A stretch of 64,000 bases of DNA from Candidatus Saccharimonadota bacterium (GCA_003962975.1 RXKC01000001.1:38061-102060); one strand, 5' to 3'; counted from the first letter of the stretch, positions 28,015-36,828 are shown. Translations and numbers: made by a program. Notes: a model not told the origin generated them from the letters alone.

Positions 28015-29799
28015 ATGATTGACCGTTCCACTAAGCTCCGTTGGCGACGACGGTTCCGTCGGAGCAAGCAGCAAGTTGAGGATCTTGGTCAGCAGACTGA
28101 AGTCCAGCTTGAGCGTCACTTTTTTACTCGATTGAGTCGACTCACAAAAGTGCGTCGTTTCATGGCTGCATGGTTACTTCTTTTTGTGTTAATCATTGGC
28201 GGCGTATTGTACCAGGCACGCAGTCTCGGGCAGTTCTACCTACAGCCAACACCAGCAGACGGCGGTGTTTTTACGGAAGGAGTGTTGGGTAGTTTCAGGA
28301 ATGCCAACCCACTATATGCCAGTGGCAGTGCCGACAATAGCGTAGAACGATTGGTTTTTTCTGGTCTCTTTCGATTCGACCAAAATAATAATCTTGTCGG
28401 TGAGCTGGCGGAGGGCTGGCAACTGGATACCCGCGAAACCACCTATACCGTCACGCTAAAAGAGAACTTACGTTGGCATGACGGCGAGCCGCTGCAGGCC
28501 GATGATGTGGTGTTTACCTATAACATGATCCAAAACCAAGATGCTAAGTCACCCTTGGCCACTAGTTGGCAGGGTATAAAGGTGGTTGAGGTAAACCCAC
28601 GCACGGTACGGTTTACACTCCCAAGTATCCTGAGTGCTTTTCCATATTCACTCACAAATGGCATTGTGCCCAAGCATGTTCTCAAAGATGTGCCGCCAAG
28701 CCAGCTACGTGCTATCGCGTTTAACGCCAACAATCCGATTGGTTCTGGGCCTTTCAAGTGGGAAGCGATTGAAGTGATAGAGACCAGCGAAAACACGCGC
28801 GAGCAGCGCATTGCACTGGTAGCAAACAATGACTATGTCGGTGGCCGACCTAAACTAGACCGGTTTATTATTCGTACTTTTGCTGATGAACAAAAGCTTA
28901 TAAAGTCATTTGAAAAGCGTGAGATTGTAGCAGCAGCGGGTCTAAGCGTAGCGAGCGATGCTATGAAAAGCGACACAAATGTCCAGACGTATAACATTCC
29001 TTTGACAAGCCAAGTCATGGTGTTCTTTAAATCTTCCTCCGAAATAATGGGTAATGTTTCGATTAGGCGAGCATTAGCATATGGGCTTAATATTCCAAGC
29101 ATTCTTGAGGGCTTGGGACGCCCAGTGTTGCCGAGTGATGCGCCGCTATTAAAAACACAGGTTGGTTACGATAAGTCGGTAGTGCAAAAAACAAATGATA
29201 TCGCTACTGCCAACAAGCTGTTGGATGAAGCCGGTTGGGTGCGTGGTAAAGACGGCATACGCGTAAAAGACAAACGTCCACTATCCTTCATGCTGACAAC
29301 ACAGGCAAATTCAACTTACGACTACATCGCCAAGTCATTAAAAGACCAGTGGCGCGGCTTGGGCGTAGATGTAAAAGTGTTGCCGCTGCAGGATAGTGAA
29401 TTACAGCAAGCGCTTTCAGTCCATAACTACGATGCTTTGCTCTATGGCATTTCATTAGGTGCTGACCCAGATGTCTTTGCCTACTGGCATAGTTCTCAGG
29501 CTGACATTCGATCTGCGAGTCGGCTCAATTTTGCAGAGTATCGTTCACCTGTTGCTGACCAGTCATTGGAAGGCGGCCGTACACGTAGCGATGACGTCGT
29601 GCGGTCAATCAAGTACCGACCATTCCTGGATGCGTGGCGACAAGACGTACCCGCTGTGGCCTTGTACCAACCGCGGTATTTATATGTTTTCCGTGAACCA
29701 CTATTTGGTTTTGCGCCTTCCGAAATGAATGCTGGAGCCGATAGGCTCAACAATGTAGTGAACTGGCGCGTCCGTGTCAGCGATCAGCCTGTTCGTTAG
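28015..29799 (+). CDS. ABC transporter substrate-binding protein, family 5 (oligopeptide/dipeptide type), membrane anchored
   Basis: N-terminal TM anchor and SBP_bac_5 features (LRWHDGEPLQADDVVFTYN, GSGPFKW). No permease or ATPase genes adjacent. Confidence 0.85.
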   Translation: MIDRSTKLRWRRRFRRSKQQVEDLGQQTEVQLERHFFTRLSRLTKVRRFMAAWLLLFVLIIGGVLYQARSLGQFYLQPTPADGGVFTEGVLGSFRNANPLYASGSADNSVERLVFSGLFRFDQNNNLVGELAEGWQLDTRETTYTVTLKENLRWHDGEPLQADDVVFTYNMIQNQDAKSPLATSWQGIKVVEVNPRTVRFTLPSILSAFPYSLTNGIVPKHVLKDVPPSQLRAIAFNANNPIGSGPFKWEAIEVIETSENTREQRIALVANNDYVGGRPKLDRFIIRTFADEQKLIKSFEKREIVAAAGLSVASDAMKSDTNVQTYNIPLTSQVMVFFKSSSEIMGNVSIRRALAYGLNIPSILEGLGRPVLPSDAPLLKTQVGYDKSVVQKTNDIATANKLLDEAGWVRGKDGIRVKDKRPLSFMLTTQANSTYDYIAKSLKDQWRGLGVDVKVLPLQDSELQQALSVHNYDALLYGISLGADPDVFAYWHSSQADIRSASRLNFAEYRSPVADQSLEGGRTRSDDVVRSIKYRPFLDAWRQDVPAVALYQPRYLYVFREPLFGFAPSEMNAGADRLNNVVNWRVRVSDQPVR

Positions 29800-29874
29800 C
29801 TTCACATCTGTTGAGCACTTGAGTTTGTGGTGTTTCTCGAGTACAATCACCCCATTACATGAGTCTATTTTGTT

Positions 29875-29961
29875 GCCGCGATGGCGGAATTGGTAGACGC
29901 GCTACGTTCAGGACGTAGTGAGAGCAATCTCGTGGAGGTTCAAGTCCTCTTCGCGGCACCA
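29875..29961 (+). tRNA. tRNA-Leu (anticodon CAG)
   Basis: Hand-folded cloverleaf: acceptor GCCGCGA/TCGCGGC, anticodon arm CTACG-TTCAGGA-CGTAG, long variable arm, T arm GGAGG-TTCAAGT-CCTCT, encoded CCA. Confidence 0.9.
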
Positions 29962-29977
29962 AAATAGGTATCAGGTT

Positions 29978-30178
29978 CTAATCAAGATATTTTTGACTGC
30001 AGCTAGTTTTGTCTGCGTTTTGCACACACTGTCTGTACTGTCTTTGTCTGTACTCAGTTTTAAAGTTGCTCGGCCGTATGTATAAGAGGCTAAGTAAGCC
30101 TGAGGCCAGGAGGCAAATAATGCCAACGATAAGTAATCGTGCAGGAAGTTTTGAAGTGTGAGTTACAGGTCGTCTCAT
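29978..30178 (-). CDS. small membrane protein, hypothetical
   Basis: 66-aa ORF with one TM (LLIVGIICLLASGLLSLLYI). No RBS checked. Coding status uncertain. Confidence 0.3.
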   Translation of the reverse strand: MRRPVTHTSKLPARLLIVGIICLLASGLLSLLYIRPSNFKTEYRQRQYRQCVQNADKTSCSQKYLD

Positions 30179-30205
30179 AATGATTATGCTAAGCTTATAC
30201 TAACT

Positions 30206-30655
30206 ATGTCCGTACGCAAGAGCAAGCATCTGTCGACCCGAAAACTTATGACGTATGTCATGTTTGCCGTAGCATTCTTGGCGCCATTATCGAATATTCC
30301 ACAAATACATACCTTGTATAGTCTTAGGGTTACCGAGGGCCTATCGCTTAGTACATGGCTTATGTATGTTGCGTTCGCCTTAGTGCAGCTGACCTATGCA
30401 CTGATCAATCGCATACGACCGTTAATTATCTCGAACATTCTATGGATTTTTGTTGAGCTGGTAATGATTTACGGCATTATTGTTTTTGGAGTTCAAAAGG
30501 CACCACCCGCGTACGAACAGTTACTACTGATCAATACGATTGGCAAGACGCTCAGTGGGCTAGCGATTATTTGCTTCAGTTCAGCAGGAGCACTGTATGC
30601 CTATGAGCTGCTCGAAATGGAGAAGGCGCTGTTGCACAAGCAGCGACGACGTTGA
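30206..30655 (+). CDS. PQ-loop (SemiSWEET-like) membrane protein, putative
   Basis: ORF track 30158-30655. I prefer ATG 30206, just after TATACT (30196-30201). Has the PQ motif (LSNIPQIHTLY), three TM helices and one extra C-terminal TM. Confidence 0.4.
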   Translation: MSVRKSKHLSTRKLMTYVMFAVAFLAPLSNIPQIHTLYSLRVTEGLSLSTWLMYVAFALVQLTYALINRIRPLIISNILWIFVELVMIYGIIVFGVQKAPPAYEQLLLINTIGKTLSGLAIICFSSAGALYAYELLEMEKALLHKQRRR

Positions 30656-30745
30656 TTGCCGGAGTGACTGGCAAGTTGTTGTGCAGAATGCTATCATACA
30701 TGCAACACACTAACGGTTATTTTTTAGCTACAAACAAGAGGGTAC

Positions 30746-32383
30746 ATGAGTAAAGTCGCGCACTATTTACAAGAACATCTTAGCGGTGAGGTTACAGCTG
30801 AAGCCCGGATGCGCAAATACTTTTCGACAGACGGCGGTGTTTTTGAGTTAACTCCTTCATTGATTGTTTACCCACGAAACGAAGGTGACGTCCGTAAAAC
30901 AGCCAGGTTTACCTGGCAGCTCGCCGAAAGAGGCCGTGTCATACCAATCACAGCTCGCGGTATGGGTACTGACCAAGCCGGTGCGGCCGTTGGTTCAGGA
31001 ATTATGATGGTATTCCCGGCGCACATGAAGCGAATTTTAGAGTTCGATGGCAAGACCGGTGATGTGGTTATTGAGCCAGGCATTTTGTATGGCAAGTTAC
31101 AACAAGCCCTGCACACTCATGGTCGCTTTTTACCGCCGTATCCGTCTTCTATTGAATTTAGTACCTTAGGTGGTGCAATCGCTAACAACGCAGCTGGCGA
31201 AAAAACAGTCAAATATGGCTGTACACGTGACTTTGTGAAAAGCCTCCGTGTAGTGTTGGCAAACGGCGAATCAATCGAGACTCGACGTCTTTCCAAGCGC
31301 GAACTCAATAAAAAAATGGGACTGACTACCTTTGAGGGCGAAGTCTACCGAGCCCTCGATGCCTTGATCGAAGAGAATAAAGAACTACTGAAGGACTCAA
31401 AACTCAAAGTTTCTAAAAACTCTGCCGGTTATGCCTTGGCCGACGTAAAGCGTAAAGATGGTTCTTTTGACCTGACACCACTACTCGTCGGTTCTCAGGG
31501 CACGCTCGGAATTGTGACAGAAGCTACCATAAAGACAGTTCCATACAACCCCGAAACCACACTGATTGCTGCCTACTTTGACGACCTGTCAGTTGCTGAA
31601 CAGGCCTTGGCAGAGATTCGGGCCTTGCCAGATCAGCCAAGTGCTATGGAATTGGTTGACGAACACCTACTGAACTTCCTGGACAAACACAATCCAAACC
31701 AGCTAAAAGGCATTGTCGAGAAACCATTCCATAAGTTGGTGGTCCTGGTTGAATTCGACAGTGCTAATGGGCGTGTGCAAAAGAAGATGGCCAAACGCGC
31801 TACAAAGATTCTTAACAAGCTACAGGTGAGCTTCCAGGTAGAGACTGACGAAAAAGAAAAGGAAAAGCTCTGGACAATTCGTCATTCTGCTGCCGCCGTC
31901 ATTTCTCACAGCGAAGGTAGCACCAAGGCCTTGCCAATCATCGAAGACGGCGTGGTGCCGGTCGAGAAAATGCAACAGTACTTGCACGCTGTCTATGATA
32001 TGTTTGCCAAGTACAAACTGGACGCTGCCGTGTGGGGTCATGCCGGTGATGCTAATGTGCACATGCAGCCGTTTCTTGACCTTAGTCAAATTGGTGACCG
32101 ACAGAAAGTTTTTAAGATTATTGACGAATACTACAGCATGGTAATTAGCCTGGGTGGTAGTACAAGTGGCGAGCATAGCGACGGACGTTTACGTGCGCCA
32201 TACCTTAAGCCACTCTATGGTGAGGGAATCTACACTGTCTTCCAGAAACTTAAGCTTATTTTTGATCCCTACGGCACACTTAACCCAGGTGTAAAAATCG
32301 ATGTCACCCTTGACGACATCAAGCCACTACTGCGCCATGAATATTCTATGGATCACTTGGCTGACCACTTGCCAAGGACCTAG
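30746..32383 (+). CDS. FAD-linked oxidase (GlcD / D-lactate dehydrogenase-like)
   Basis: PCMH-type FAD-binding domain (VYPRNEGDVRKTARF, GGAIANNAAGEKT) and an FAD-oxidase C-terminal domain (GGSTSGEHSDGRLR). Confidence 0.85.
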   Translation: MSKVAHYLQEHLSGEVTAEARMRKYFSTDGGVFELTPSLIVYPRNEGDVRKTARFTWQLAERGRVIPITARGMGTDQAGAAVGSGIMMVFPAHMKRILEFDGKTGDVVIEPGILYGKLQQALHTHGRFLPPYPSSIEFSTLGGAIANNAAGEKTVKYGCTRDFVKSLRVVLANGESIETRRLSKRELNKKMGLTTFEGEVYRALDALIEENKELLKDSKLKVSKNSAGYALADVKRKDGSFDLTPLLVGSQGTLGIVTEATIKTVPYNPETTLIAAYFDDLSVAEQALAEIRALPDQPSAMELVDEHLLNFLDKHNPNQLKGIVEKPFHKLVVLVEFDSANGRVQKKMAKRATKILNKLQVSFQVETDEKEKEKLWTIRHSAAAVISHSEGSTKALPIIEDGVVPVEKMQQYLHAVYDMFAKYKLDAAVWGHAGDANVHMQPFLDLSQIGDRQKVFKIIDEYYSMVISLGGSTSGEHSDGRLRAPYLKPLYGEGIYTVFQKLKLIFDPYGTLNPGVKIDVTLDDIKPLLRHEYSMDHLADHLPRT

Positions 32384-32680
32384 ATGAATTGGTCTGATCC
32401 ATATCACTATGTGGGAGCTGTTGGTGTTGTTTTGGTGCTGGTTGGCATTTGGCGCACCAGCTCTGGAAAATGGCGACAGAACTCGGTGTGGTATGAGCTC
32501 GACACAATTGTCGGTGCTGGCCTACTCTTGCTCTACCAAATACATATGAAGGCCTACATCGTCATGCCCATAAATATTGCATTAGTCATTATTTCGTTCA
32601 GAGGGCTATCTTCGTTTGCTGAACGCTATGCAGTACGTGAAAAGAAGCAGATTGTTAAACGCCTCAAAAAGAAACGCTAA
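32384..32680 (+). CDS. small 3-TM membrane protein, hypothetical
   Basis: ATG immediately follows the upstream TAG. 98 aa with hydrophobic helices and a basic tail. Confidence 0.5.
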   Translation: MNWSDPYHYVGAVGVVLVLVGIWRTSSGKWRQNSVWYELDTIVGAGLLLLYQIHMKAYIVMPINIALVIISFRGLSSFAERYAVREKKQIVKRLKKKR

Positions 32681-32723
32681 GAGTGGTTTGCGCGATAGCT
32701 TAGTACATGATATTATCATTTTT

Positions 32724-32801
32724 ATGAAGATTCTTAACTTCAGTTCAATTGTTCGCCGACGCAGCAGCCGTATTTGCGGGAGCTGTCCTTGTAGTTGTTA
32801 A
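32724..32801 (+). CDS. candidate 25-aa Cys-rich micro-ORF (MKILNFSSIVRRRSSRICGSCPCSC)
   Basis: TATTAT (32711-32716), inside palindrome ATGATA-T-TATCAT, lies 7 nt before the ATG. A strong terminator follows 25 nt downstream. The unit could instead be a noncoding sRNA. Confidence 0.2.
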   Translation: MKILNFSSIVRRRSSRICGSCPCSC

Positions 32802-32825
32802 GAAAATAATCTAAGCCCTAGTCAT

Positions 32826-32848
32826 GCCCCGCAAAACGGGGCTTTTTT
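32826..32848 (+). terminator. intrinsic terminator
   Basis: GCCCCG-CAAAA-CGGGGC followed by T6. Confidence 0.8.
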
Positions 32849-32872
32849 AATATTCAATTTCTAGGAGTAGAT

Positions 32873-33466
32873 ATGAAAAATTTCGATATTAGCGCAGCCG
32901 TGGTGACACACGGTAATGAGCTAGAAAGTTTAGCAATGCATGCTATAAATGCGAGCCAATGGCTGGCGGCTGGCGTGCCAGATACAAAACCAAAATCCAT
33001 GGCAGAGCTCATCGATGACGCAGCCGCCAGTAAGTACGTTTTGTTTAACGGTCACACCGTTGGCCATATTGCGACGACTGCGCACACTGAGCTGTTTGCG
33101 CTTTGTTTTGGCAGCGCCAGAGAAGGTATGGACTACAAAGATGTTCCACACTTTACTATTGAAAGTTTGGCTGTAAAACCAGACATGAAGGGCATGGGTA
33201 TTGGTGGATTGGTGCTCGAGACTGCCCTGGGTGATATAGCTGCGCAGGTGGGCACCGGGCAAGAAAAAGTTACACTGGCAGTAGTCAGCGCTTTGGCATG
33301 TAGCGCATCTTTGCCACTCTTCCAAAAGTTTGGCTTTAGCGAGTTTGCCTACAGAAACGACGATCTCGAATACCATGAGCCATTCAAAGATATCGACCTT
33401 GTGGCCGCACAAGCGCACGGCAAAGACATCGTGAGCACAGTTCTGGTAGTTCCTCCAGGCGCGTAG
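32873..33466 (+). CDS. GNAT-family N-acetyltransferase, putative
   Basis: RBS AGGAG. GNAT motif A-like LAVKPDMKGMGIGGLVLETAL. The antisense 199-aa ORF is judged spurious. Confidence 0.55.
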   Translation: MKNFDISAAVVTHGNELESLAMHAINASQWLAAGVPDTKPKSMAELIDDAAASKYVLFNGHTVGHIATTAHTELFALCFGSAREGMDYKDVPHFTIESLAVKPDMKGMGIGGLVLETALGDIAAQVGTGQEKVTLAVVSALACSASLPLFQKFGFSEFAYRNDDLEYHEPFKDIDLVAAQAHGKDIVSTVLVVPPGA

Positions 33467-33536
33467 CGATTCGTAGCTCAAATTAAAGCCCGGCCTTCGG
33501 GCCGGGTCAGAACACCACATAATACGCAAGAAAGTT

Positions 33537-34331
33537 TTGAGGTATGTTGATATGCATTTACCTAAACGTGTAGCTGCAGTACGACATGGAGAATCTGCCT
33601 ACAATAAAATGGCCGCAGTAAAACAGGCGCATCCGCTTTACAGACAGTTCGATGCAGCTTTTCAGGCTCGCTCAGAGAATCCTGAGCGAGCAGTCGAATT
33701 GGCGAACGAGTTACTCGATGCGCAGGTTCTTTCCTTTGGTGCAAGTGATCTCAGCGACAATGGCAATCGTCAATTATATGAAACGGGTGCAGGGCTTAGC
33801 GGTAATCGTGAATTGCCGGATCTCGTGATAGCCTAGCCGTATCTGCGCACAGGACAGACATTAGCAGGCATGGTGTTAGGCTGGCCGGAATTGGGGGCCG
33901 TTGAAACGATAGTCGAAGAACGAGTTCGAGAAAGAGAGCACGGATTAGCTAATCTCTACAATGACTGGAAGGTTTTCTATACTCTCCACCCAGAGCAGCA
34001 ACGTTTGCATGCACTCGAAGGAAGTTACTGGTACAGGTATCCTCAGGGTGAAAGCATTCCAGATGTCAGGGAGCGAATGAGATCGGAGATGAATACGCTG
34101 TGCGTGGATTATCCGGGTCTCGACATTATGATTGTCACACACCACGTATCTATACTCTCGCTGGTAGCAAACGTACAGGGGCTAGATAGTGTGGCGTTCA
34201 AGAAGCTGGATAGAACAAACAAGCCAGACAACGCCAGCATTACAACCCTAGTCCCAATCTCTGATGGCGGACCGACGGGCAGCATGGTTGTCGAAAGCTA
34301 TAACCAGAAGTTCTACCAGGAAGCAGCCTAG
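33537..34331 (+). pseudogene. histidine phosphatase (phosphoglycerate-mutase-like) family gene interrupted by in-frame TAG at 33834-33836
   Basis: ORFs 33537-33836 and 33870-34331 share one frame. The first carries the catalytic RHGES motif. The stop falls exactly where the family has Ser in S-P-x-x-R (VIA*PYLRTGQT). The second ORF carries REREHG and VTHHVSI. Confidence 0.65.
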
Positions 34332-34385
34332 ACATGAGCCATGTCAAGTGACACCACCAAAGTACGTAGGTGGTGCCACTGAAGG

Positions 34386-34865
34386 TTACTTCCCAAAGAG
34401 CTGAATCCGGACCTGGTCAGTGTCTTGTTTGCAAAGCAGGTAGACACCCTGTCTTTCAAGCCGCTGTTTCATTGCTGCGGCCATACTAAATGATTGCTCG
34501 AAGATCTCCAGTATGCCGTATTCAGGGTCATCCCGGGCAACTCTATTTATATGGATTTTTGGGCATGACAAACAAGCATGTATGAACATGATTTCACCCA
34601 CTTTTCCGAATCCTTCATGCTTAAAGGTAAGTCCTACTGGCTGCATACCACCTTTGCAGTCAGACCTACGGTCTCCTGTTTGGCTGTCGACATGTTTTGA
34701 CCAGAAGCATATGTTACAGTGGTTTCGGTTCACTGTTCCCATGTAGTCGTTTATTACGACAAATTGTCTACAGTGCGAGCAACGGAAGCCACCTGCGTTA
34801 TGTTCTTTGTTCCAATCTTGTAATCTTTTCTTCTCAAAATAGTCACTATCCTCATAGCGTTTCAC
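34386..34865 (-). CDS. RNHCP-domain protein
   Basis: Cys-rich Zn-ribbon-like motifs (CSHCRQ, RNHCNICFWSKH, CLSCP). Family name recalled from the RNHC signature. GTG start 6 nt after AGGA. Confidence 0.65.
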   Translation of the reverse strand: MKRYEDSDYFEKKRLQDWNKEHNAGGFRCSHCRQFVVINDYMGTVNRNHCNICFWSKHVDSQTGDRRSDCKGGMQPVGLTFKHEGFGKVGEIMFIHACLSCPKIHINRVARDDPEYGILEIFEQSFSMAAAMKQRLERQGVYLLCKQDTDQVRIQLFGK

Positions 34866-34879
34866 AAATTTTCCTTACT

Positions 34880-35065
34880 AAAAAACCAGCCGTTTGGCTG
34901 GTCTACTGGATAGTAAAGAAACTATTTTCTATATGGTATTGCGAACTGAATTTTGACCAGCCAAAGATACCCCTTCGCGAGGGGCAACGGCGGTTGCAGT
35001 GGTACGGTAGTTTACTAAATGTGTCATACAAAATACTATTATATACACTTATGCATATATATCAA
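34880..35065 (-). promoter_or_regulatory. candidate transcription attenuator: promoter, 32-codon leader ORF, antiterminator/terminator
   Basis: Minus strand: TTGATA (35065-35060), 16-nt spacer, TATAAT (35043-35038). Leader ORF 35027-34929 (MTHLVNYRTTATAVAPREGVSLAGQNSVRNTI). Segment A GGCTGGTC (34962-34955) is complementary to B GACCAGCC (34903-34896). B also pairs with C GGCTGG (34891-34886), followed by T6 (34885-34880). Confidence 0.5.
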
Positions 35066-35153
35066 TGGTGCGCGAGAGAGGACTTGAACCTCCACGTCCC
35101 TAAGGAACACTACGACCTCAACGTAGCCTGTCTACCAATTCCAGCACTCGCGC
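35066..35153 (-). tRNA. tRNA-Leu (anticodon GAG)
   Basis: Reverse complement folds as acceptor GCGCGAG/CTCGCGC, anticodon arm CTACG-TTGAGGT-CGTAG, long variable arm, T arm GGAGG-TTCAAGT-CCTCT, A-CCA. Confidence 0.9.
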
Positions 35154-35253
35154 ACAGACATCGTATTCTAGCATTTTACAGTGGTAAATGAAAGCATAAA
35201 GCTATAGACGATTGCTATTTACTTTGCTATAATCACCTCTGTTAGAAAAATTT

Positions 35254-35330
35254 GGGCGCTTAGCTCAGTTGGCTAGAGCACCTCGTTTACACCGAGGGGG
35301 TCGGGGGTTCGAGTCCCTCAGCGCCCACCA
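35254..35330 (+). tRNA. tRNA-Val (anticodon TAC)
   Basis: GGGCGCT acceptor, D arm GCTC-AGTTGGCTA-GAGC, anticodon arm CCTCG-TTTACAC-CGAGG, T arm GGGGG-TTCGAGT-CCCTC, CCA. TGCTATAAT lies upstream (35224-35232). Confidence 0.92.
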
Positions 35331-35337
35331 TACAAGC

Positions 35338-35367
35338 AACTCATCTGAAAGGATGAGTTTTTTGTTT
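35338..35367 (+). terminator. intrinsic terminator after tRNA-Val
   Basis: AACTCATC-TGAAAG-GATGAGTT followed by a T-run. Confidence 0.75.
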
Positions 35368-35418
35368 GCATATTCAACCTTGTAACCAGGTGGTATAGTT
35401 AAAGAACAAGGAGAATAC

Positions 35419-36165
35419 ATGGAAGGCTTTATAACATCTATAGTTTTTGTTGGAATCTTTATTCTGGCAAGCGGTATACGCATTATTAATCAGTACGAAC
35501 GAGGGGTCATCTTGACGCTCGGTAAGTACACTGGCATGCGTAACCCGGGGCTGAACATTATCATTCCTATCGTCCAAACGCTCCGCAAAGTAGATGTACG
35601 CTCAACTCCTGTTGACGTGCCAAAGCAAGAAGTTATCACCAAAGACAACGTAACTATTGGTGTCGATGCAGTTGTGTACTTCCGTGTGCTTTCGGCAGAA
35701 AAGGCTGTGCTAGAAACGACAAACTACACCTACGCCACCGCACAGTTTGCCCAAGCAGCACTACGTGATGTGGTTGGTAATGTTGAGCTAGACGAATTAC
35801 TCAGCAAGCGTGACGAGATCAGTACCCAAATCAAGAACGTCGTCGACAGTGAAACCGATAAATGGGGAATTGACGTCGAGAATGTAAAGATCCAAAACAT
35901 CGAGCTGCCACAAGATATGAAGCGCGCTATGGCTAAGCAGGCAGAAGCCGAGCGTGAGCGCCGTGCCGTTATCATCACGGCCGGTGGTGAAAAAGCTGCC
36001 GCCCAAGAGGTTGCCGAAGCCGCCAAGATCTTGAGTGAATCACCAGGTGGTGTAGCAATTCGTACCTTGCAAACACTCGAAAAAATATCGGTAGAACCAT
36101 CACAAAAGAGTGTCTTTGTCCTTCCAATGGAAATGACAGACGCGCTCAAAAAACTCGTCCGCTAG
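35419..36165 (+). CDS. SPFH/band-7 (stomatin/prohibitin-like) membrane protein
   Basis: RBS AAGGAG. N-terminal TM, SPFH core (INQYERGVILTLGKY...), PQDMKRAMAKQAEAERERRA coiled-coil segment. Confidence 0.9.
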   Translation: MEGFITSIVFVGIFILASGIRIINQYERGVILTLGKYTGMRNPGLNIIIPIVQTLRKVDVRSTPVDVPKQEVITKDNVTIGVDAVVYFRVLSAEKAVLETTNYTYATAQFAQAALRDVVGNVELDELLSKRDEISTQIKNVVDSETDKWGIDVENVKIQNIELPQDMKRAMAKQAEAERERRAVIITAGGEKAAAQEVAEAAKILSESPGGVAIRTLQTLEKISVEPSQKSVFVLPMEMTDALKKLVR

Positions 36166-36193
36166 TTACAGACTGCGGCAGAAAGAAGACCCT

Positions 36194-36508
36194 ATGTCTC
36201 TGCAAAAATATCAGCAGCGTATTGACGCTGAACTGCAACTCTATGAAAAGCCCTATTGGGACCCGCTCAGTATTCTGGCGCGCATGACAGAAGAAGTTGG
36301 CGAAGTAGCCCGTATTGTAAACCACACCTTTGGAGATAAGCCAAAAAAGGTTAGCGAAGAACACGAGCCACTCGAAGACGAACTAGCTGACGTTATCTAC
36401 GCGGCTATTTGCTTAGCGAACAGTCAGAAGCTTGACCTCGACGCCGCTATGGAGCGAGTCATCGCGAAGCTAAGCACTCGTGACAAAGATCGCTTCAAAA
36501 AGAAGTAG
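36194..36508 (+). CDS. MazG-like nucleotide pyrophosphohydrolase (small single-domain)
   Basis: EVGEVARIV ... EDELADVIYAAICLAN, the EExxE/D-type MazG helices. 104 aa. Confidence 0.7.
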   Translation: MSLQKYQQRIDAELQLYEKPYWDPLSILARMTEEVGEVARIVNHTFGDKPKKVSEEHEPLEDELADVIYAAICLANSQKLDLDAAMERVIAKLSTRDKDRFKKK

Positions 36509-36586
36509 CATTGAAAAATCACCCCTGATCGGGTATCCTATACAGGTTGACCAAACAGCAGTTATGCTTCTTCCGAAGCATAATCT

Positions 36587-36662
36587 GGCTCTTTAGCTCA
36601 GTTGGTAGAGCAGAGGCCTGAAGAGCCTTGTGTCCCCAGTTCGAGTCTGGGAGGAGCCACCA
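36587..36662 (+). tRNA. tRNA-Phe (anticodon GAA)
   Basis: GGCTCTT acceptor, D arm GCTC-AGTTGGTA-GAGC, anticodon arm GAGGC-CTGAAGA-GCCTT, T arm CCCAG-TTCGAGT-CTGGG, CCA. Confidence 0.92.
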
Positions 36663-36700
36663 AACCAAAATCCCGATATTCTTCGGGATTTTGGTTTGGT
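36663..36700 (+). terminator. intrinsic terminator after tRNA-Phe
   Basis: About 14-bp stem AACCAAAATCCCGA/TCGGGATTTTGGTT with a T-rich tail. Confidence 0.7.
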
Positions 36701-36828
36701 AATACGGGTGTAGAAAAAATGAACTGCACGTTGGCTATGGTGCATCTTTTTCTACTATTGACTGACTAGGTAACCGGTTCATATACGCGTAATTTGCCAA
36801 GCATAGGCTGGTTATGGGATCCTGACGT

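Noticed and set aside
32740-32810. Alternative-frame hydrophobic peptide LFADAAAVFAGAVLVVVKKII, considered as a type-I toxin-like gene.
   Set aside because: The frame has only a TTG with no RBS and no leaderless-type spacing. It is kept as a note inside the micro-ORF finding.
33485-33510. GC-rich hairpin CCCGGCC-TTCG-GGCCGGG after the GNAT gene, considered as a terminator.
   Set aside because: No T tract follows on the plus strand and only a weak one on the minus strand. I left it uncalled.
32930-33529. 199-aa minus-strand ORF.
   Set aside because: It is antisense to the GNAT-like gene, which has an RBS and an acetyltransferase motif A. The minus-strand product is Cys/Trp/His-rich with no motif.
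34352-34375. Hairpin CACCACC...GGTGGTG between the convergent histidine-phosphatase and RNHCP genes.
   Set aside because: The stem is 7 bp with a 10-nt loop and no U tract on either side, so support for a terminator call is insufficient.
34697-35191. 164-aa plus-strand ORF.
   Set aside because: It runs antisense through the RNHCP gene, the attenuator region and tRNA-Leu(GAG). It is an artefact of the open frame.
35265-35483. 72-aa minus-strand ORF.
   Set aside because: It overlaps tRNA-Val and its terminator as well as the SPFH gene start.
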